From Candidatus Eiseniibacteriota bacterium (lineage in GTDB: Bacteria; Eisenbacteria; RBG-16-71-46; JAFGJU01), in assembly GCA_020349905.1 (NCBI GenBank), contig CP070702.1:2423176-2487175 (forward strand): a stretch of 64,000 nucleotides of DNA, in the 5' to 3' direction. The position numbers and the translations under genes were made by a program. Of the stretch, positions 30,069 to 40,920 are shown one piece after another. Within the stretch, counting starts at the first letter, position 1, and every line of letters begins with the position of its first letter. The notes beneath the pieces are model-generated. The model saw nothing but the letters and a program-made list of their open reading frames with translations. It was not told where the DNA came from and ran no database searches.

Positions 30069-31031
30069 CTAACTTCCGGTCCTGGAGCCCATCGCCCTGT
30101 GCTGCGCTGTTCGCCTCTCACACACCACGACGGAACCCGGCAGTGTCTTGCCGTAACGCTTAAGGTCGGCGGCAATATCTATTACCTGAGCGAAATGTGT
30201 TAGGTTGTAGCGCTCGCTTGAGACGACGACGACGGTGATGTGCATAAAGTCGTACCGCTCAAGCACGCGCTGCCGATTTTCTATCTCTATGTAGCCTCTC
30301 CTACGGTCCGTCTCGGCGTAGAGGAATCTGACTTTCTGTTCGAACTCCGCGCAGATTCTCTCCCCTATTATCTCGGCGTAGCCGGGGACCGTGATGTAGA
30401 CAAAGTCGTCGCCCCCGATGTGCCCGACGAAATCCTCTCCGGTGCCGTGTGCTTCGACCGCGTTCAGTATGATGCCCGCGGTCAGCTTGATGGCTTCGTC
30501 CCCCCGGCTGTAGCCGTAGTAGTCGTTGAAGGCCTTGAACGTATCCGGGTCGCAGTGACAGTAGGCAAAGGGCGCGCGCGACTCTATCCTGCGATTAGTC
30601 TCCGCCTCGATGGAGGTGTTGCCCGGAAGACCGGTGAGCGGGTTGGATTCCCGCTGCGCCCTGCTCCACTGGAGCGCCGACTTGACGCGCGCGAGCAGTT
30701 CTTCCAGCCGGTAGGGTTTCGTCAGGTAGTCGTTGGCCCCGTGCTCGAAACCCTCCACCTTCTCACCCAGGGTCGTCTTGGCCGTCAGCATGATGATGGG
30801 GACGCGGCTTGTGTGGAAATCCCTCCTCAGCCGGCGGCAGACCTCGTAGCCGTCCATCTTGGGCATCATGATGTCGAGCAGTATGAGGTCCGGCGTCTCG
30901 CGCTCCACTTGCTCGAGCGCCTTGATGCCGTCCTCCACGGCCGTTATCTCGTAGCCCGCGTCTTCGAGCTGAAGTCTCAGCACGTTGCGGATGTTTGTGT
31001 CGTCCTCGACGACCAGAATCCTTTGAGCCAC
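30069..31031 (-). CDS. Response regulator with GGDEF-type domain carrying GGDDF
   Basis: REC (RILVVEDD, DLILLDIMMP, TAKT, KPY) followed by NPLTGLPGN...DPDTFKAFNDYYGYSRGDE...HIGGDDF. GTG start at 31031 with GGAGGA 7 nt upstream. Confidence 0.8.
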   Translation of the reverse strand: MAQRILVVEDDTNIRNVLRLQLEDAGYEITAVEDGIKALEQVERETPDLILLDIMMPKMDGYEVCRRLRRDFHTSRVPIIMLTAKTTLGEKVEGFEHGANDYLTKPYRLEELLARVKSALQWSRAQRESNPLTGLPGNTSIEAETNRRIESRAPFAYCHCDPDTFKAFNDYYGYSRGDEAIKLTAGIILNAVEAHGTGEDFVGHIGGDDFVYITVPGYAEIIGERICAEFEQKVRFLYAETDRRRGYIEIENRQRVLERYDFMHITVVVVSSERYNLTHFAQVIDIAADLKRYGKTLPGSVVVCERRTAQHRAMGSRTGS

Positions 31032-31267
31032 CAGTGGTTCCTCCAGAGATGGGCACTCTTTGACATAGATGGTCGAATGCCGTAACTTCCGAGAACGCAA
31101 TAAGCGTGCCAGCCACGGGGCACAGACGGCAACCCGAACACGCGCATAACTGTTTTTACTGGAATGGGTTACGTGCGGCAGGAACCGGGGCAGCAGGAGG
31201 CCCCGGCGGGGTCCTGGAGGAAAGCGTTGCAGTATGCAAGCTGCCTTGCACAGTGCATCGGAAGAAC

Positions 31268-32287
31268 CTAAGCCACTTCTATTTCAAGCAGTTCCTCGAG
31301 AGTTGAGCAGGCCGGCAGGTCCAGGGAGGACCTTTGCCCGGCCGAGAGCCTGCGGCCGCCGGCGATCGCCACCATGACCGCGTTGTCGGAGCATAAGGCC
31401 GACGAGGGAACGAGGAGCCGCACTCCGATCGAGGCACACGCTCTCTCTGTCTCTTCTCTCAGGACGGTGTTGCAGGCGACCCCGCCGGCAAGGACGGCTT
31501 GTTTTGCATCCTTTGCCCGGCAGGCCTCTACCAGCTTCTCGACCAGAGCGTCCACCACCGCCTTCTGAAAACAGGCCGCCACGTCCGCCCGGAGCGCATC
31601 GCTGAGAGGAGAGGATTGACCCTGGATGAAATACTTCACGGCCGTCTTCAGGCCGCTGAAGCTCATGTCGTACCCCTTCCGCTTGAGGCGAGCCCTGGGG
31701 AAGGTCACGCGCGTGCTGTCGCCTTGTCTCGCGAGGGCTTCCAGCTCCGGCCCGCCAGGGAAACCCAGACCCAGCATCTTGGCAACCTTGTCCACCGCCT
31801 CGCCCGCAGCGTCGTCCACGGTGGAACCCAGCAGTTGGTAATCGCCGAATTCCCTGACGTACATGAGCTCAGTGTGCCCGCCCGACACGCACAGGCCAAC
31901 GAAGGGGAAACGCAGCTCGTCCGTTTCTGCGAGAACGGAGAAGAGATGCGCTTCGACGTGGTTGACCCCGATGAAAGGCTTCCCGGTGACGAAGGAGACG
32001 GCCTTCGCGAAGCACAACCCGACCAGGAGAGAACCTATCAGGCCCGGGCCCATCGTGACAGCCAGCGCGTCGATCTGGTCGAGAGAGACCCCGGCCTTCT
32101 CGAGAGCCGTCCTCACCGCAGGGACGATGAGCCGCACGTGTTGGCGCGAGGCGATTTCGGGCACGACTCCGCCGTAGAGCTGGTGAACGGACTGGGAAGA
32201 GACGACGCTGGAGAGCACGCGGTTTTTGTAGGCCACGACCGCGGCCGCGGTGTCGTCACAGGAGGTTTCGATTCCTAGAACAAGCAA
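31268..32287 (-). CDS. tsaD: tRNA N6-adenosine threonylcarbamoyltransferase
   Basis: MLVLGIETSCDDTA, GVNHVEAHL, SGGHTEL. Confidence 0.92.
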   Translation of the reverse strand: MLVLGIETSCDDTAAAVVAYKNRVLSSVVSSQSVHQLYGGVVPEIASRQHVRLIVPAVRTALEKAGVSLDQIDALAVTMGPGLIGSLLVGLCFAKAVSFVTGKPFIGVNHVEAHLFSVLAETDELRFPFVGLCVSGGHTELMYVREFGDYQLLGSTVDDAAGEAVDKVAKMLGLGFPGGPELEALARQGDSTRVTFPRARLKRKGYDMSFSGLKTAVKYFIQGQSSPLSDALRADVAACFQKAVVDALVEKLVEACRAKDAKQAVLAGGVACNTVLREETERACASIGVRLLVPSSALCSDNAVMVAIAGGRRLSAGQRSSLDLPACSTLEELLEIEVA

Positions 32288-32327
32288 CTGCAGCTCACAC
32301 CTTGCAAGCGAGGATACGAGAAAAGAA

Positions 32328-32747
32328 CTACCCGGAGGTCCAGGAATGATAGACCGCCACGCGGTTGAGGGCTCTTGTCAGAGCAGCTTCCGCCCTCGCA
32401 ATATCGACGTCACCGCGACGGGAGCTAATCCTCTCCAGGGCTCTCTGTTTTGCCTGTTCGGCCCTGGTCAGGTCTATGTCCGCGGCGGACTCGATCGCAT
32501 CCGCCAGGAGAGTGACGCTGTTGTCCGACACTTCCAGAAATCCTCCGCTCACGGCGTAGACGTTCTCTATGCTGTCTCTTTCTCGTACGAGCAACTTGCC
32601 CGGCCGTAGAGCCGCCAGCATGGGGGCATGATGGGCCAGCACGCCGAAATAGCCGTCCGCACCGGGAGCGATGAGGGAGTCGACATCGCCTTCGTAGAAG
32701 CTCTCTTCGAGCGTCAGGATTCTCAGTCTGAAAGGATTCATCGCCAT
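32328..32747 (-). CDS. atpC: F1 ATP synthase epsilon subunit
   Basis: FRLRILTLEESFYEGDVDSLIAPGADGYFGVLAHHAP. Last gene of the atp operon. Start at MAMNPF. Confidence 0.85.
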   Translation of the reverse strand: MAMNPFRLRILTLEESFYEGDVDSLIAPGADGYFGVLAHHAPMLAALRPGKLLVRERDSIENVYAVSGGFLEVSDNSVTLLADAIESAADIDLTRAEQAKQRALERISSRRGDVDIARAEAALTRALNRVAVYHSWTSG

Positions 32748-32772
32748 CGGCCCTGCCTCAACGCCCCTGCTT

Positions 32773-34269
<1,497 letters not shown>

Positions 34270-35127
34270 TTATCTCAGCACCTCGGCCGTGCCAACGATG
34301 TCTGCGATCTCCTTCGTAATTGCACTCTGCCTAGCCCGGTTACGGAGCAAAGTGAGGTCGAATATCATATCGTCCGCGTTCTTCGTTGCGAAGCTCATCG
34401 CCACCATACGTGCGCTGTGCTCGGAGGCACACGATTCCGCAATCCGCACGAACACTTTCATCTCGACGTACCTCGGCAGCAGCGTGCCGAGAAGCATATC
34501 GGCCGACGGCTCGTAGATGTAACCGTAGTCCTCCGAAGTACCTTCGCCCCCCTCAAGCTCCACGGGAAGGAGCCGTTCCAGGACGACCCGTCTCGAGCCC
34601 GAGGAGATGAAGTGCGTGAAATCCATCCAGACCTCCTGGACTTCGCCCTCCAGGTACAGCCGCGTGAGCTCCGCCGTGAGCGCTTTCGTGATAGCCGGCT
34701 CGGCAAAAGGACCGAGCTCCGGGAAGCACGGCTTCAAGCCCTTCTCTCTCCTCCCGAAATGCTGAGCCGCTTTCTTTCCCACCGGCACGAAACGGACGTG
34801 CACGTCGCCTTGCTGTGCGGCAAACTCTTCGGCCTGCCGTATGACGTTCGCGTTGAAGGCCCCGCAAAGACCCCTGTCTGAAGCGATGACGCACACTGCG
34901 ACGGCTTCAACGTCCCTCTTCGACACGAACGGGTGGCTCACCCCCTCGCCGGCGGAGCAGACCTTTCTGACCACTCCCTCCATGGACTCGGCGTAGGGCC
35001 TGGCAGAGAGGAGCCTGGCCTGTGCACGTTTGAGCCGGGCAGCGGAGACCATCTCCATGGCTCTGGCGATCTGCCTCGTGCTTTCTACGCTGCGTATGCG
35101 CCTCCTTATGTCACGAAGCGTCTGCAC
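34270..35127 (-). CDS. atpG: F1 ATP synthase gamma subunit
   Basis: [27 protein letters not shown]-type N-terminus and C-terminal ITKEI..IV.GAE. Confidence 0.92.
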   Translation of the reverse strand: MQTLRDIRRRIRSVESTRQIARAMEMVSAARLKRAQARLLSARPYAESMEGVVRKVCSAGEGVSHPFVSKRDVEAVAVCVIASDRGLCGAFNANVIRQAEEFAAQQGDVHVRFVPVGKKAAQHFGRREKGLKPCFPELGPFAEPAITKALTAELTRLYLEGEVQEVWMDFTHFISSGSRRVVLERLLPVELEGGEGTSEDYGYIYEPSADMLLGTLLPRYVEMKVFVRIAESCASEHSARMVAMSFATKNADDMIFDLTLLRNRARQSAITKEIADIVGTAEVLR

Positions 35128-36709
35128 CGGTCTCGGTCTCCTTCTTCACACTGGCCTTCCCCTCGGGCCGCTTCTCGGTCGTCTCTCTCTCCGGGCCCGC
35201 CGTGCTCTTGAACTCTTCTGTGTACGCCACGATCGCTTTCTTCAATTGCTCTTCGGTCTCATCGGTCAGGTCCTTGGTTCTCCCGATGTCATGCATGACG
35301 TCAGGAAACTTGTCCTCAAGATATTCCAGGAGTTCCTTCTCGTACTCCTTCACCGACTCGACGGGGATTCCGTCAAAATACCCGTTGACCGCGGCGTAGA
35401 TGGTCACAACCTGCCTCTCGAGGGGGATCGGTTCGTACTGCGGCTGCTTCAAGGTCTCCACGACCCGTTCCCCCCTTGCGAGACGGGAAACGGTGACCTT
35501 GTCCAGATCGGAGCCGAACTGGGCGAAGGCCGCCAGTTCGTAATACTGGGCCAGGTCCAGCCTGAGCCTGCCCGCCACCTTCCTCATGGCGTTGGTCTGC
35601 GCTTTCCCGCCGACCCTGGAGACCGATATTCCCACGTTGATGGCCGGTCTGATGCCGGCGTAGAAGAGATCGCCTTCGAGGTATATCTGCCCGTCGGTGA
35701 TGGAAATGACGTTCGTCGGAATGTAAGCAGACACGTCCCCTGCCTGAGTCTCGATTATCGGAATGGCCGTAAGGGACCCTCCGCCGAGTTCGTCGTTCAG
35801 CTTCGCCGAACGTTCCAGGAGTCTCGAGTGCAGATAGAAGATGTCGCCAGGAAAAGCCTCTCGTCCCGGTGGTCTTCTCAGAAGCAGCGAGAGTTGCCTG
35901 TATGCCTGTGCATGTTTGGACAGGTCGTCGTATATGACGAGTACGTCTCTGCCGGTGTGAAGGAACTCCTCTCCCATCGCGCAGCCGGAATAGGGGGCGA
36001 TGTAGAGAAGCGGGGCCGGCTCGCTGGCTGCCGCAACAACAACGGTGGTGTGCTCCATCGCCCCGTGGTCCTCGAGTATCTTCACGACCCGGGCCACGGT
36101 GGACTCTTTCTGCCCGATCGAAACGTAGATGCAGTATAGATTCTGGCCCTTCTGGTTGATTATCGTGTCTATTGCGATGGCGCTCTTTCCGGTCTGCCTG
36201 TCACCGATTATCAACTCCCTCTGGCCTCGTCCGATAGGAATCATCGAGTCGATGGCCTTTATCCCCGTCTGAACGGGCTGCTGTACCGGCCGTCTCTCCA
36301 CGACGCCCGGAGCCCTGGCTTCCAGGAGCCGGAACTTGTCGGCGGCTATGGGACCCTTTCCGTCTATCGGCTCGCCGAGCGCATTCACGACTCTCCCAAG
36401 AAGCGCGTCTCCGGCAGGCACCCTCGCCACGTTTCCGGTTCTGGAGACTATGTCCCCCTCTTTGATTCGCTCGTTCGACCCGAAGAGAACCACTCCCACC
36501 GTATCTACTTCCAGGTTGAGGACCATGCCCATCGTGCCGTCGGGGAACTTGACAAGCTCTCCGGCCATGGCGTCGTCAAGTCCCCAGATGCGGGCGATGC
36601 CGTCGCCCACCTGGATGACGGTGCCCACACTCTTCATCTCGAGCTTGCCCTGATATTTCTCGAGCTCTTGCCCGATGACCGTACTTACCTCTTCTGGTCT
36701 GAACGCCAT
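35111..36709 (-). CDS. atpA: F1 ATP synthase alpha subunit
   Basis: Walker A GDRQTGKS. Start at [12 protein letters not shown]. Carries a roughly 30-aa charged C-terminal tail and overlaps the atpG start by 17 nt. Confidence 0.93.
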   Translation of the reverse strand: MAFRPEEVSTVIGQELEKYQGKLEMKSVGTVIQVGDGIARIWGLDDAMAGELVKFPDGTMGMVLNLEVDTVGVVLFGSNERIKEGDIVSRTGNVARVPAGDALLGRVVNALGEPIDGKGPIAADKFRLLEARAPGVVERRPVQQPVQTGIKAIDSMIPIGRGQRELIIGDRQTGKSAIAIDTIINQKGQNLYCIYVSIGQKESTVARVVKILEDHGAMEHTTVVVAAASEPAPLLYIAPYSGCAMGEEFLHTGRDVLVIYDDLSKHAQAYRQLSLLLRRPPGREAFPGDIFYLHSRLLERSAKLNDELGGGSLTAIPIIETQAGDVSAYIPTNVISITDGQIYLEGDLFYAGIRPAINVGISVSRVGGKAQTNAMRKVAGRLRLDLAQYYELAAFAQFGSDLDKVTVSRLARGERVVETLKQPQYEPIPLERQVVTIYAAVNGYFDGIPVESVKEYEKELLEYLEDKFPDVMHDIGRTKDLTDETEEQLKKAIVAYTEEFKSTAGPERETTEKRPEGKASVKKETETGADAS

Positions 36710-36803
36710 GGGTTCTCCTTCTGGACTGCAGAGTTCACTTGCACGGCACGGCCTCACCGCACGGGGGCCCTGCCGGGACCGTCGCATCGTTGCGGCGCGA
36801 GCG

Positions 36804-37352
36804 TCAATTCGCCGGCGTCGCAAGCAACTGATTCCTCAATTCCTCCAGCCGGTTCCGCGCACTTCCGTCGATGACTTTTCCGTTCAAATACACGACGACC
36901 CCACCCATGATGGCCGGGTCCACGCGCGTCTCCACCAGGATTTCCTTTCCCGTGATGCGGCGCAGGGCAGAAGTAAGAAGTTTCTCCTCCCCCTTCTCCA
37001 GCGAGACGGCAGACACGACCCGGGCTCTTTGAACGCCTCTCTTTTCCTCGTCTATCGCAACGAACTCGGCGAGTATTTCGGGAAGTAGCTCGATTCTCTT
37101 GCGTCTCAAGAGCAGCGTAAGGAAGAGCCACGTCGACTGCTTCACCTTCTCCCTGAGCGAATTCTGAAGCAGCTTAAGCTTCTCCTCGTGACCGACGTCA
37201 GGAGATTCGAGGAACGAGAGGAGCGTCGGCATGCGACGCAGAAGGCCGACCAGACTCTCCAGGTCCCCGAGTATGGCCCGAGGCCCCTCCGCCTTCTCGG
37301 CCAGCTGGAAGAGTGCCTCCGCGTATTTTCTCGGAACGCTGCGACTAGGCAT
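36804..37352 (-). CDS. atpH: F1 ATP synthase delta (OSCP) subunit
   Basis: [13 protein letters not shown]-terminus, 182 aa, positioned between atpF and atpA. Confidence 0.85.
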   Translation of the reverse strand: MPSRSVPRKYAEALFQLAEKAEGPRAILGDLESLVGLLRRMPTLLSFLESPDVGHEEKLKLLQNSLREKVKQSTWLFLTLLLRRKRIELLPEILAEFVAIDEEKRGVQRARVVSAVSLEKGEEKLLTSALRRITGKEILVETRVDPAIMGGVVVYLNGKVIDGSARNRLEELRNQLLATPAN

Positions 37353-37833
37353 CTACGCTATCCAGGTCTCTGATGAATTCCGCGACCATCTTTCTGTGTC
37401 TCGCTGTGTCCATCGATTCCCTCAAGACCTTCTCAGAAGCCCTGAGCGCGATGTCCACGACCTCGTTCCTCAATTGAACGAGCGCTTCGGCGCGGTCCCT
37501 CTCAATCTCGTCTCTGGCCCGTCCCAGCATTTCCTTCACGTCGCCACGCGCGTCTTCCTTTATCTCAGAAGCGATCCTCTGAGCGTTCTTGACGGCTTCC
37601 TGAAGTCTTGCACGGGCCTCCGCATCGATTTCCCGGAGTTTCTCTTCGTACTCCTGCCGCAGCTTCTGCATGTCCAAACGCTGCTTTTCTGCCTCGCCCA
37701 GCTCCGACTTCACGCGCTCGCTCCTCTCCTGCAGGATTCTGAGGAGCGGTTTCCAGGCGAACCTCTTCATGATCCAGAGCACGAGGATGAACCCGAGGAT
37801 TTGGGTGACTATTTGACCGTAGTCGAGTTCCAT
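37345..37833 (-). CDS. atpF: Fo ATP synthase subunit b
   Basis: Single N-terminal TM (IVTQILGFILVLWIM) followed by a long charged helix. Confidence 0.85.
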   Translation of the reverse strand: MELDYGQIVTQILGFILVLWIMKRFAWKPLLRILQERSERVKSELGEAEKQRLDMQKLRQEYEEKLREIDAEARARLQEAVKNAQRIASEIKEDARGDVKEMLGRARDEIERDRAEALVQLRNEVVDIALRASEKVLRESMDTARHRKMVAEFIRDLDSVDA

Positions 37834-37855
37834 GTTCCCCTTCGCGGGCCGAGCC

Positions 37856-38089
37856 CTAGCTGATCTTTGTCTGCAACACGAACATCGTCACGAGAGCATA
37901 AATCGTGAGCGCCTCGATGAAGGCGAAGCCGATGATCATTGCCAACTGAATCTTTGGGGCCGCCTCGGGCTGCCTGCCGATGGCTTCCATTGCCGCGGCG
38001 CCCATTTTTCCAAGTCCGAGGGCCGAGGCGAAAGCCGCTATTGAGACAGCCAGGGGAACGGACAGGCCGAGTGCAGTTTGAAACGTCAT
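37856..38089 (-). CDS. atpE: Fo ATP synthase subunit c
   Basis: Hairpin with the RQPE loop and a carboxylate in AFIEALTIYALV. 77 aa. Confidence 0.9.
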   Translation of the reverse strand: MTFQTALGLSVPLAVSIAAFASALGLGKMGAAAMEAIGRQPEAAPKIQLAMIIGFAFIEALTIYALVTMFVLQTKIS

Positions 38090-38106
38090 GTGCCAGACTC
38101 CTTTCG

Positions 38107-38961
38107 CTAGTGTTCCTCGTGCGGGAACATCATGAGAAAGTAGATCGTGCTCAGAGCCGCAAAGACGAGCGCCTGCACCGCGCTCGTAAGCATGGCCAGA
38201 AACACGAACGGGAAGTGAATCGGAACCCCCAGAGGCAGGTTCGTGAAAGCCAGAATGCTCACCCCGAGCCCGACGAAGACCGCGATGAGTACGTCTTCGC
38301 CCATGATGTTGCCGAAGAGTCGAAGGGACAGGCTCAAAGGCTTGGCAAGCTCGCTTATGATGTGGAGGGGAAACATCAACGGCACCAGCATGATACCCAC
38401 AAGGTCCCTCGGTCGTCCCGCGAAGTGGTCCAGGTAGCCCAAGACTCCCAGCTTCCGTATGCCTGTGTACTGAACGTAGGCAAAAACCGTGATGGCCAGC
38501 GCCGCGGTCGTGTTGATGCTGGAAGATGGTGATTTCATCCCCGGCACGAGCCCGAAGAGGTTCATACAGAGGATGTAGATGAACAGGGTCCCCAGGAAAG
38601 GAACGTACTTCTTACCTTCTTCACCGAGTATCCCGCAGACAAAATTGCTGAGTCCCTCCACGATCATCTCCAGGAAGTTCTGCAGGCCCTTCGGGACAAG
38701 CTGCGGCTTCCTGGAGGCAAAATGGCACAGCGTTCCCAGAAAGAGGGCGATGAGAAGCGAGAAGAAGACGTTTTCCCAGTGATGCAGGAACTGCGCGAAC
38801 CCTGCGGAGCTGAATTGGTCATAGATGACCGTGACGATGTTCGGCAGTTCGGGAGGACCTTTCGGGTGCCCCGCCCCCTCCTCCGCTGCGCTAACGAGGT
38901 TCACTAGAAACGGGACGCCTCCGGCTTCTGCAGTGTTCACTATGTCGAGAAGGAAGCGCAC
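38107..38961 (-). CDS. atpB: Fo ATP synthase subunit a
   Basis: Polytopic protein with the conserved Arg segment LSLSLRLFGNIMGE. Confidence 0.9.
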   Translation of the reverse strand: MRFLLDIVNTAEAGGVPFLVNLVSAAEEGAGHPKGPPELPNIVTVIYDQFSSAGFAQFLHHWENVFFSLLIALFLGTLCHFASRKPQLVPKGLQNFLEMIVEGLSNFVCGILGEEGKKYVPFLGTLFIYILCMNLFGLVPGMKSPSSSINTTAALAITVFAYVQYTGIRKLGVLGYLDHFAGRPRDLVGIMLVPLMFPLHIISELAKPLSLSLRLFGNIMGEDVLIAVFVGLGVSILAFTNLPLGVPIHFPFVFLAMLTSAVQALVFAALSTIYFLMMFPHEEH

Positions 38962-38999
38962 GGTTCTTTTCTCTTTCTACAAGTTCTGTGGACGGACCA

Positions 39000-39392
39000 T
39001 CAGGCGAGGGTTCGCTCTGGTTTCTGCCTCATCCTCTCCACCGTCGCCGCACCCAGGGCCTTGAGAAGAATCACCACAAGCACGAGGGAAAACCCCGTCA
39101 CGAGGCTTCCCACGGGAAAGACAGCCGAGCGCAGAAGAAGGAATCCCAGACCGTAGAGAACCGGAAACTTCACGGCCGCCAACGCGACTATCCTGCCCCT
39201 CACGGCTCTCTCCGCAGCAACCACTGCTCTCACGAGCCAGGCCACCAGGAGGAGATTGAGCGAATTCCAGGTCGCTCCGAGGAGGACGCCCCCTCCCCAG
39301 GCAGGTGAGAAGTACGTGGCCACGAAGAGCGCTGTCAATGCGGAGACGATGGCGGTCGTCTTCACGATTCTGGTGACGAACTCAAGTCCCAC
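39000..39392 (-). CDS. atpI: ATP synthase protein I-like small membrane protein
   Basis: 130 aa with four hydrophobic segments, immediately upstream of atpB. The family call rests on position and topology only. Confidence 0.6.
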   Translation of the reverse strand: MGLEFVTRIVKTTAIVSALTALFVATYFSPAWGGGVLLGATWNSLNLLLVAWLVRAVVAAERAVRGRIVALAAVKFPVLYGLGFLLLRSAVFPVGSLVTGFSLVLVVILLKALGAATVERMRQKPERTLA

Positions 39393-39527
39393 GCCGGAAG
39401 AACCTCATCCTGCAGCAGGGCCTTTTGCATCCGCGGGCGGAGGTCAGACGTGAAGCAGCCGCATTCGGCTCAGCCGGTTCCGCGCCCGGCTCTGACCGTT
39501 CCAGCCAGTTCCACCCGTAGGCATTCC

Positions 39528-39770
39528 CTACTTAGCTTCCCTGCTGATTCTCACGATTATCCTGTAGACCTCTTTAACGCCCGCCACGAATCCCAGCGCA
39601 GTGAGCACTATCCACAAAAAAGAGGTGTCTAACCTCTTATCCAGAAAGCGTCCCAGGAAGTAGCCTACCAGGGGAGAGACCAGAAGCAGAAAGGGGATGA
39701 CCGTGACCAAACCCGCCTGCCTAAGCATGGCGTACTTGTCTTCGGGCTTCTTCCCGCTGGGGGTCGGCAT
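39528..39770 (-). CDS. AtpZ/AtpI-family small membrane protein
   Basis: 80 aa with two TM segments (GLVTVIPFLLLVSPLVGYFLGRFLD...WIVLTALGFVAG). First gene of the atp operon. Confidence 0.7.
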   Translation of the reverse strand: MPTPSGKKPEDKYAMLRQAGLVTVIPFLLLVSPLVGYFLGRFLDKRLDTSFLWIVLTALGFVAGVKEVYRIIVRISREAK

Positions 39771-39893
39771 TCCTGCCCCTCGCGCGAAATCTCACGGAAA
39801 AGGTGGCAACAGGGGAGGACGGGCCATATCGTCTCAAAGACAAATAGGATACACGCCCGCCGTCGCAAAGTCAACGCGTTTTTGGCACCCCCG

Positions 39894-40404
39894 TCACGCT
39901 GTCGCTTCGGCACCGCACGCGTTTCTCGCCCGACTATATTGCAGGGACCTCATGCAGAAGCAGATCTCCTCGCTCTCCACCAGCCCGTACCCCTTAGCCG
40001 CGGCCGCGCCCTGCTCGGCCGCGTATCCGTCCACTCTCACCACGATGTCCGTCTTCACCTTGGCCAGCGGCGACTGAATGTCCGCGCGAATCTGGAATCG
40101 CCCCTGATGCAGTCACGATACCCGCGAAGGGCGCCGCTGTCAATTCCACAGCGAGAGCTTCCTTTGGTGCCACGCTCGCGCTCACGGGAATCGGGGGCGT
40201 GCGCTCTCCCACTTTCCTGGCACTACCCAGCACGTCCACAGCAAACCACCCTGCCAGAGGAGAGCCTCGCCCCCGCAACCCGCGTGCGCTACGACAGATG
40301 GCCGCGACGTCCGCCCGGCGGAACCGTGGCGAGGACTCGTTCGCCCGCTCGCGGCCCCGATGGTTTCTCTTCGCCGCCACCGGCAGCGCGTTCACTCGCA
40401 ACAA
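39894..40404 (-). pseudogene. Possible frameshifted coding remnant (unknown family)
   Basis: Two adjoining minus-strand frames with strongly G/C-biased third positions. Frame A (40404 to about 40105) reads ...WFAVDVLGSARKVGERTPPIPVSASVAPKEALAVELTAAPFAGIVTASG. Frame B (40112 to 39894) reads ..GRFQIRADIQSPLAKVKTDIVVRVDGYAAEQGAAAAKGYGLVESEEI... They join at a GGGG run near 40105. I could not recognise a family. Confidence 0.25.
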
Positions 40405-40781
40405 GCGTGCCTCCGCCTGGTCTGCGGGACCTGTTTACCGACTGTCGGGCGGCGTGCATGGCGGAACTGCATGTGTGAGAAGGACAACGCATTGGGGCTT
40501 GCGCCGGATCACACACCGTTCCGAGGACGAGCCTCCTTGCCGAGCGCGGTGGAGCTGCTGTGAACGCCGTACACGTCTCAGTTCCTGATGTCGTTCCGGG
40601 GCAGCGCGTCGACCGACTCGCGAGAGCTCACGGACGTGGGAGGGAAGGTCGCGTCTCTGGCAACGCACGAGGCGGGAGAGGGAGTTTCGAAGTAGTCCTC
40701 ACGCGGAAGATGATCGCACGAGACAATGGAAGGTAAATCGAATGAGAACTGGCTGCACGTTGCTGAGAACGCCGATAACAC

Positions 40782-40875
40782 GGGGGCGAGATGACACGGC
40801 GGGGAGATGACATGGGGGGGAGATGACACAGGGGGGAGATGACACAGGGGGGAGATGACACAGGGGGGAGCGGGG
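40782..40875. repeat. 16-bp tandem repeat, about 5.5 copies (unit GAGATGACACAGGGGG)
   Basis: GAGATGACA recurs at 40788, 40804, 40820, 40836 and 40852, an exact 16-bp period. The three central copies are identical. The two left copies each have 2 mismatches, and there is a partial copy at 40868. Confidence 0.95.
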
Positions 40876-40920
40876 TCGCAACCGAAGTTTGTCCAGACCG
40901 CGACACGGGACCCGGTCGGG

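Noticed and set aside
31235-31256. Short palindrome TGCAAG-CTGC-CTTGCA downstream of tsaD, considered as a terminator or operator
   Set aside because: It has only 6-bp arms and no U-tract, and similar short palindromes are frequent in this GC-rich sequence. The evidence is insufficient.
40104-40142. Possibility that the frame break in the 39.9-40.4 kb remnant is a selenocysteine UGA, given that selB is in the window
   Set aside because: The frame upstream of the TGA at 40115-40113 hits another TGA only nine codons earlier, at 40142-40140. The better-looking upstream coding signal is in a different frame, so the break is a frameshift and not a recoded stop.
39771-40780. Search by eye for housekeeping ncRNAs in the large gaps: RNase P RNA (GAGGAAAGUCC), tmRNA, SRP RNA and 6S. 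The gaps at 11361-11929 and 45030-45601 were also checked.
   Set aside because: None of the conserved signature strings were found on either strand. This cannot exclude novel or divergent RNAs, and a covariance-model scan would be decisive.
40782-40875. CRISPR array interpretation of the 16-bp repeat
   Set aside because: The repeats are directly abutting with no spacers, the unit is too short, and there are no cas genes in the window.
40578-40906. Minus-strand ORFs (83, 92 and 60 aa) running through the tandem repeat, which could be a repeat-containing small protein (VISPPCHL... motifs)
   Set aside because: All three frames are open across the repeat because of its composition. The 16-bp period shifts frame every copy. 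There is no RBS and no coherent protein features.
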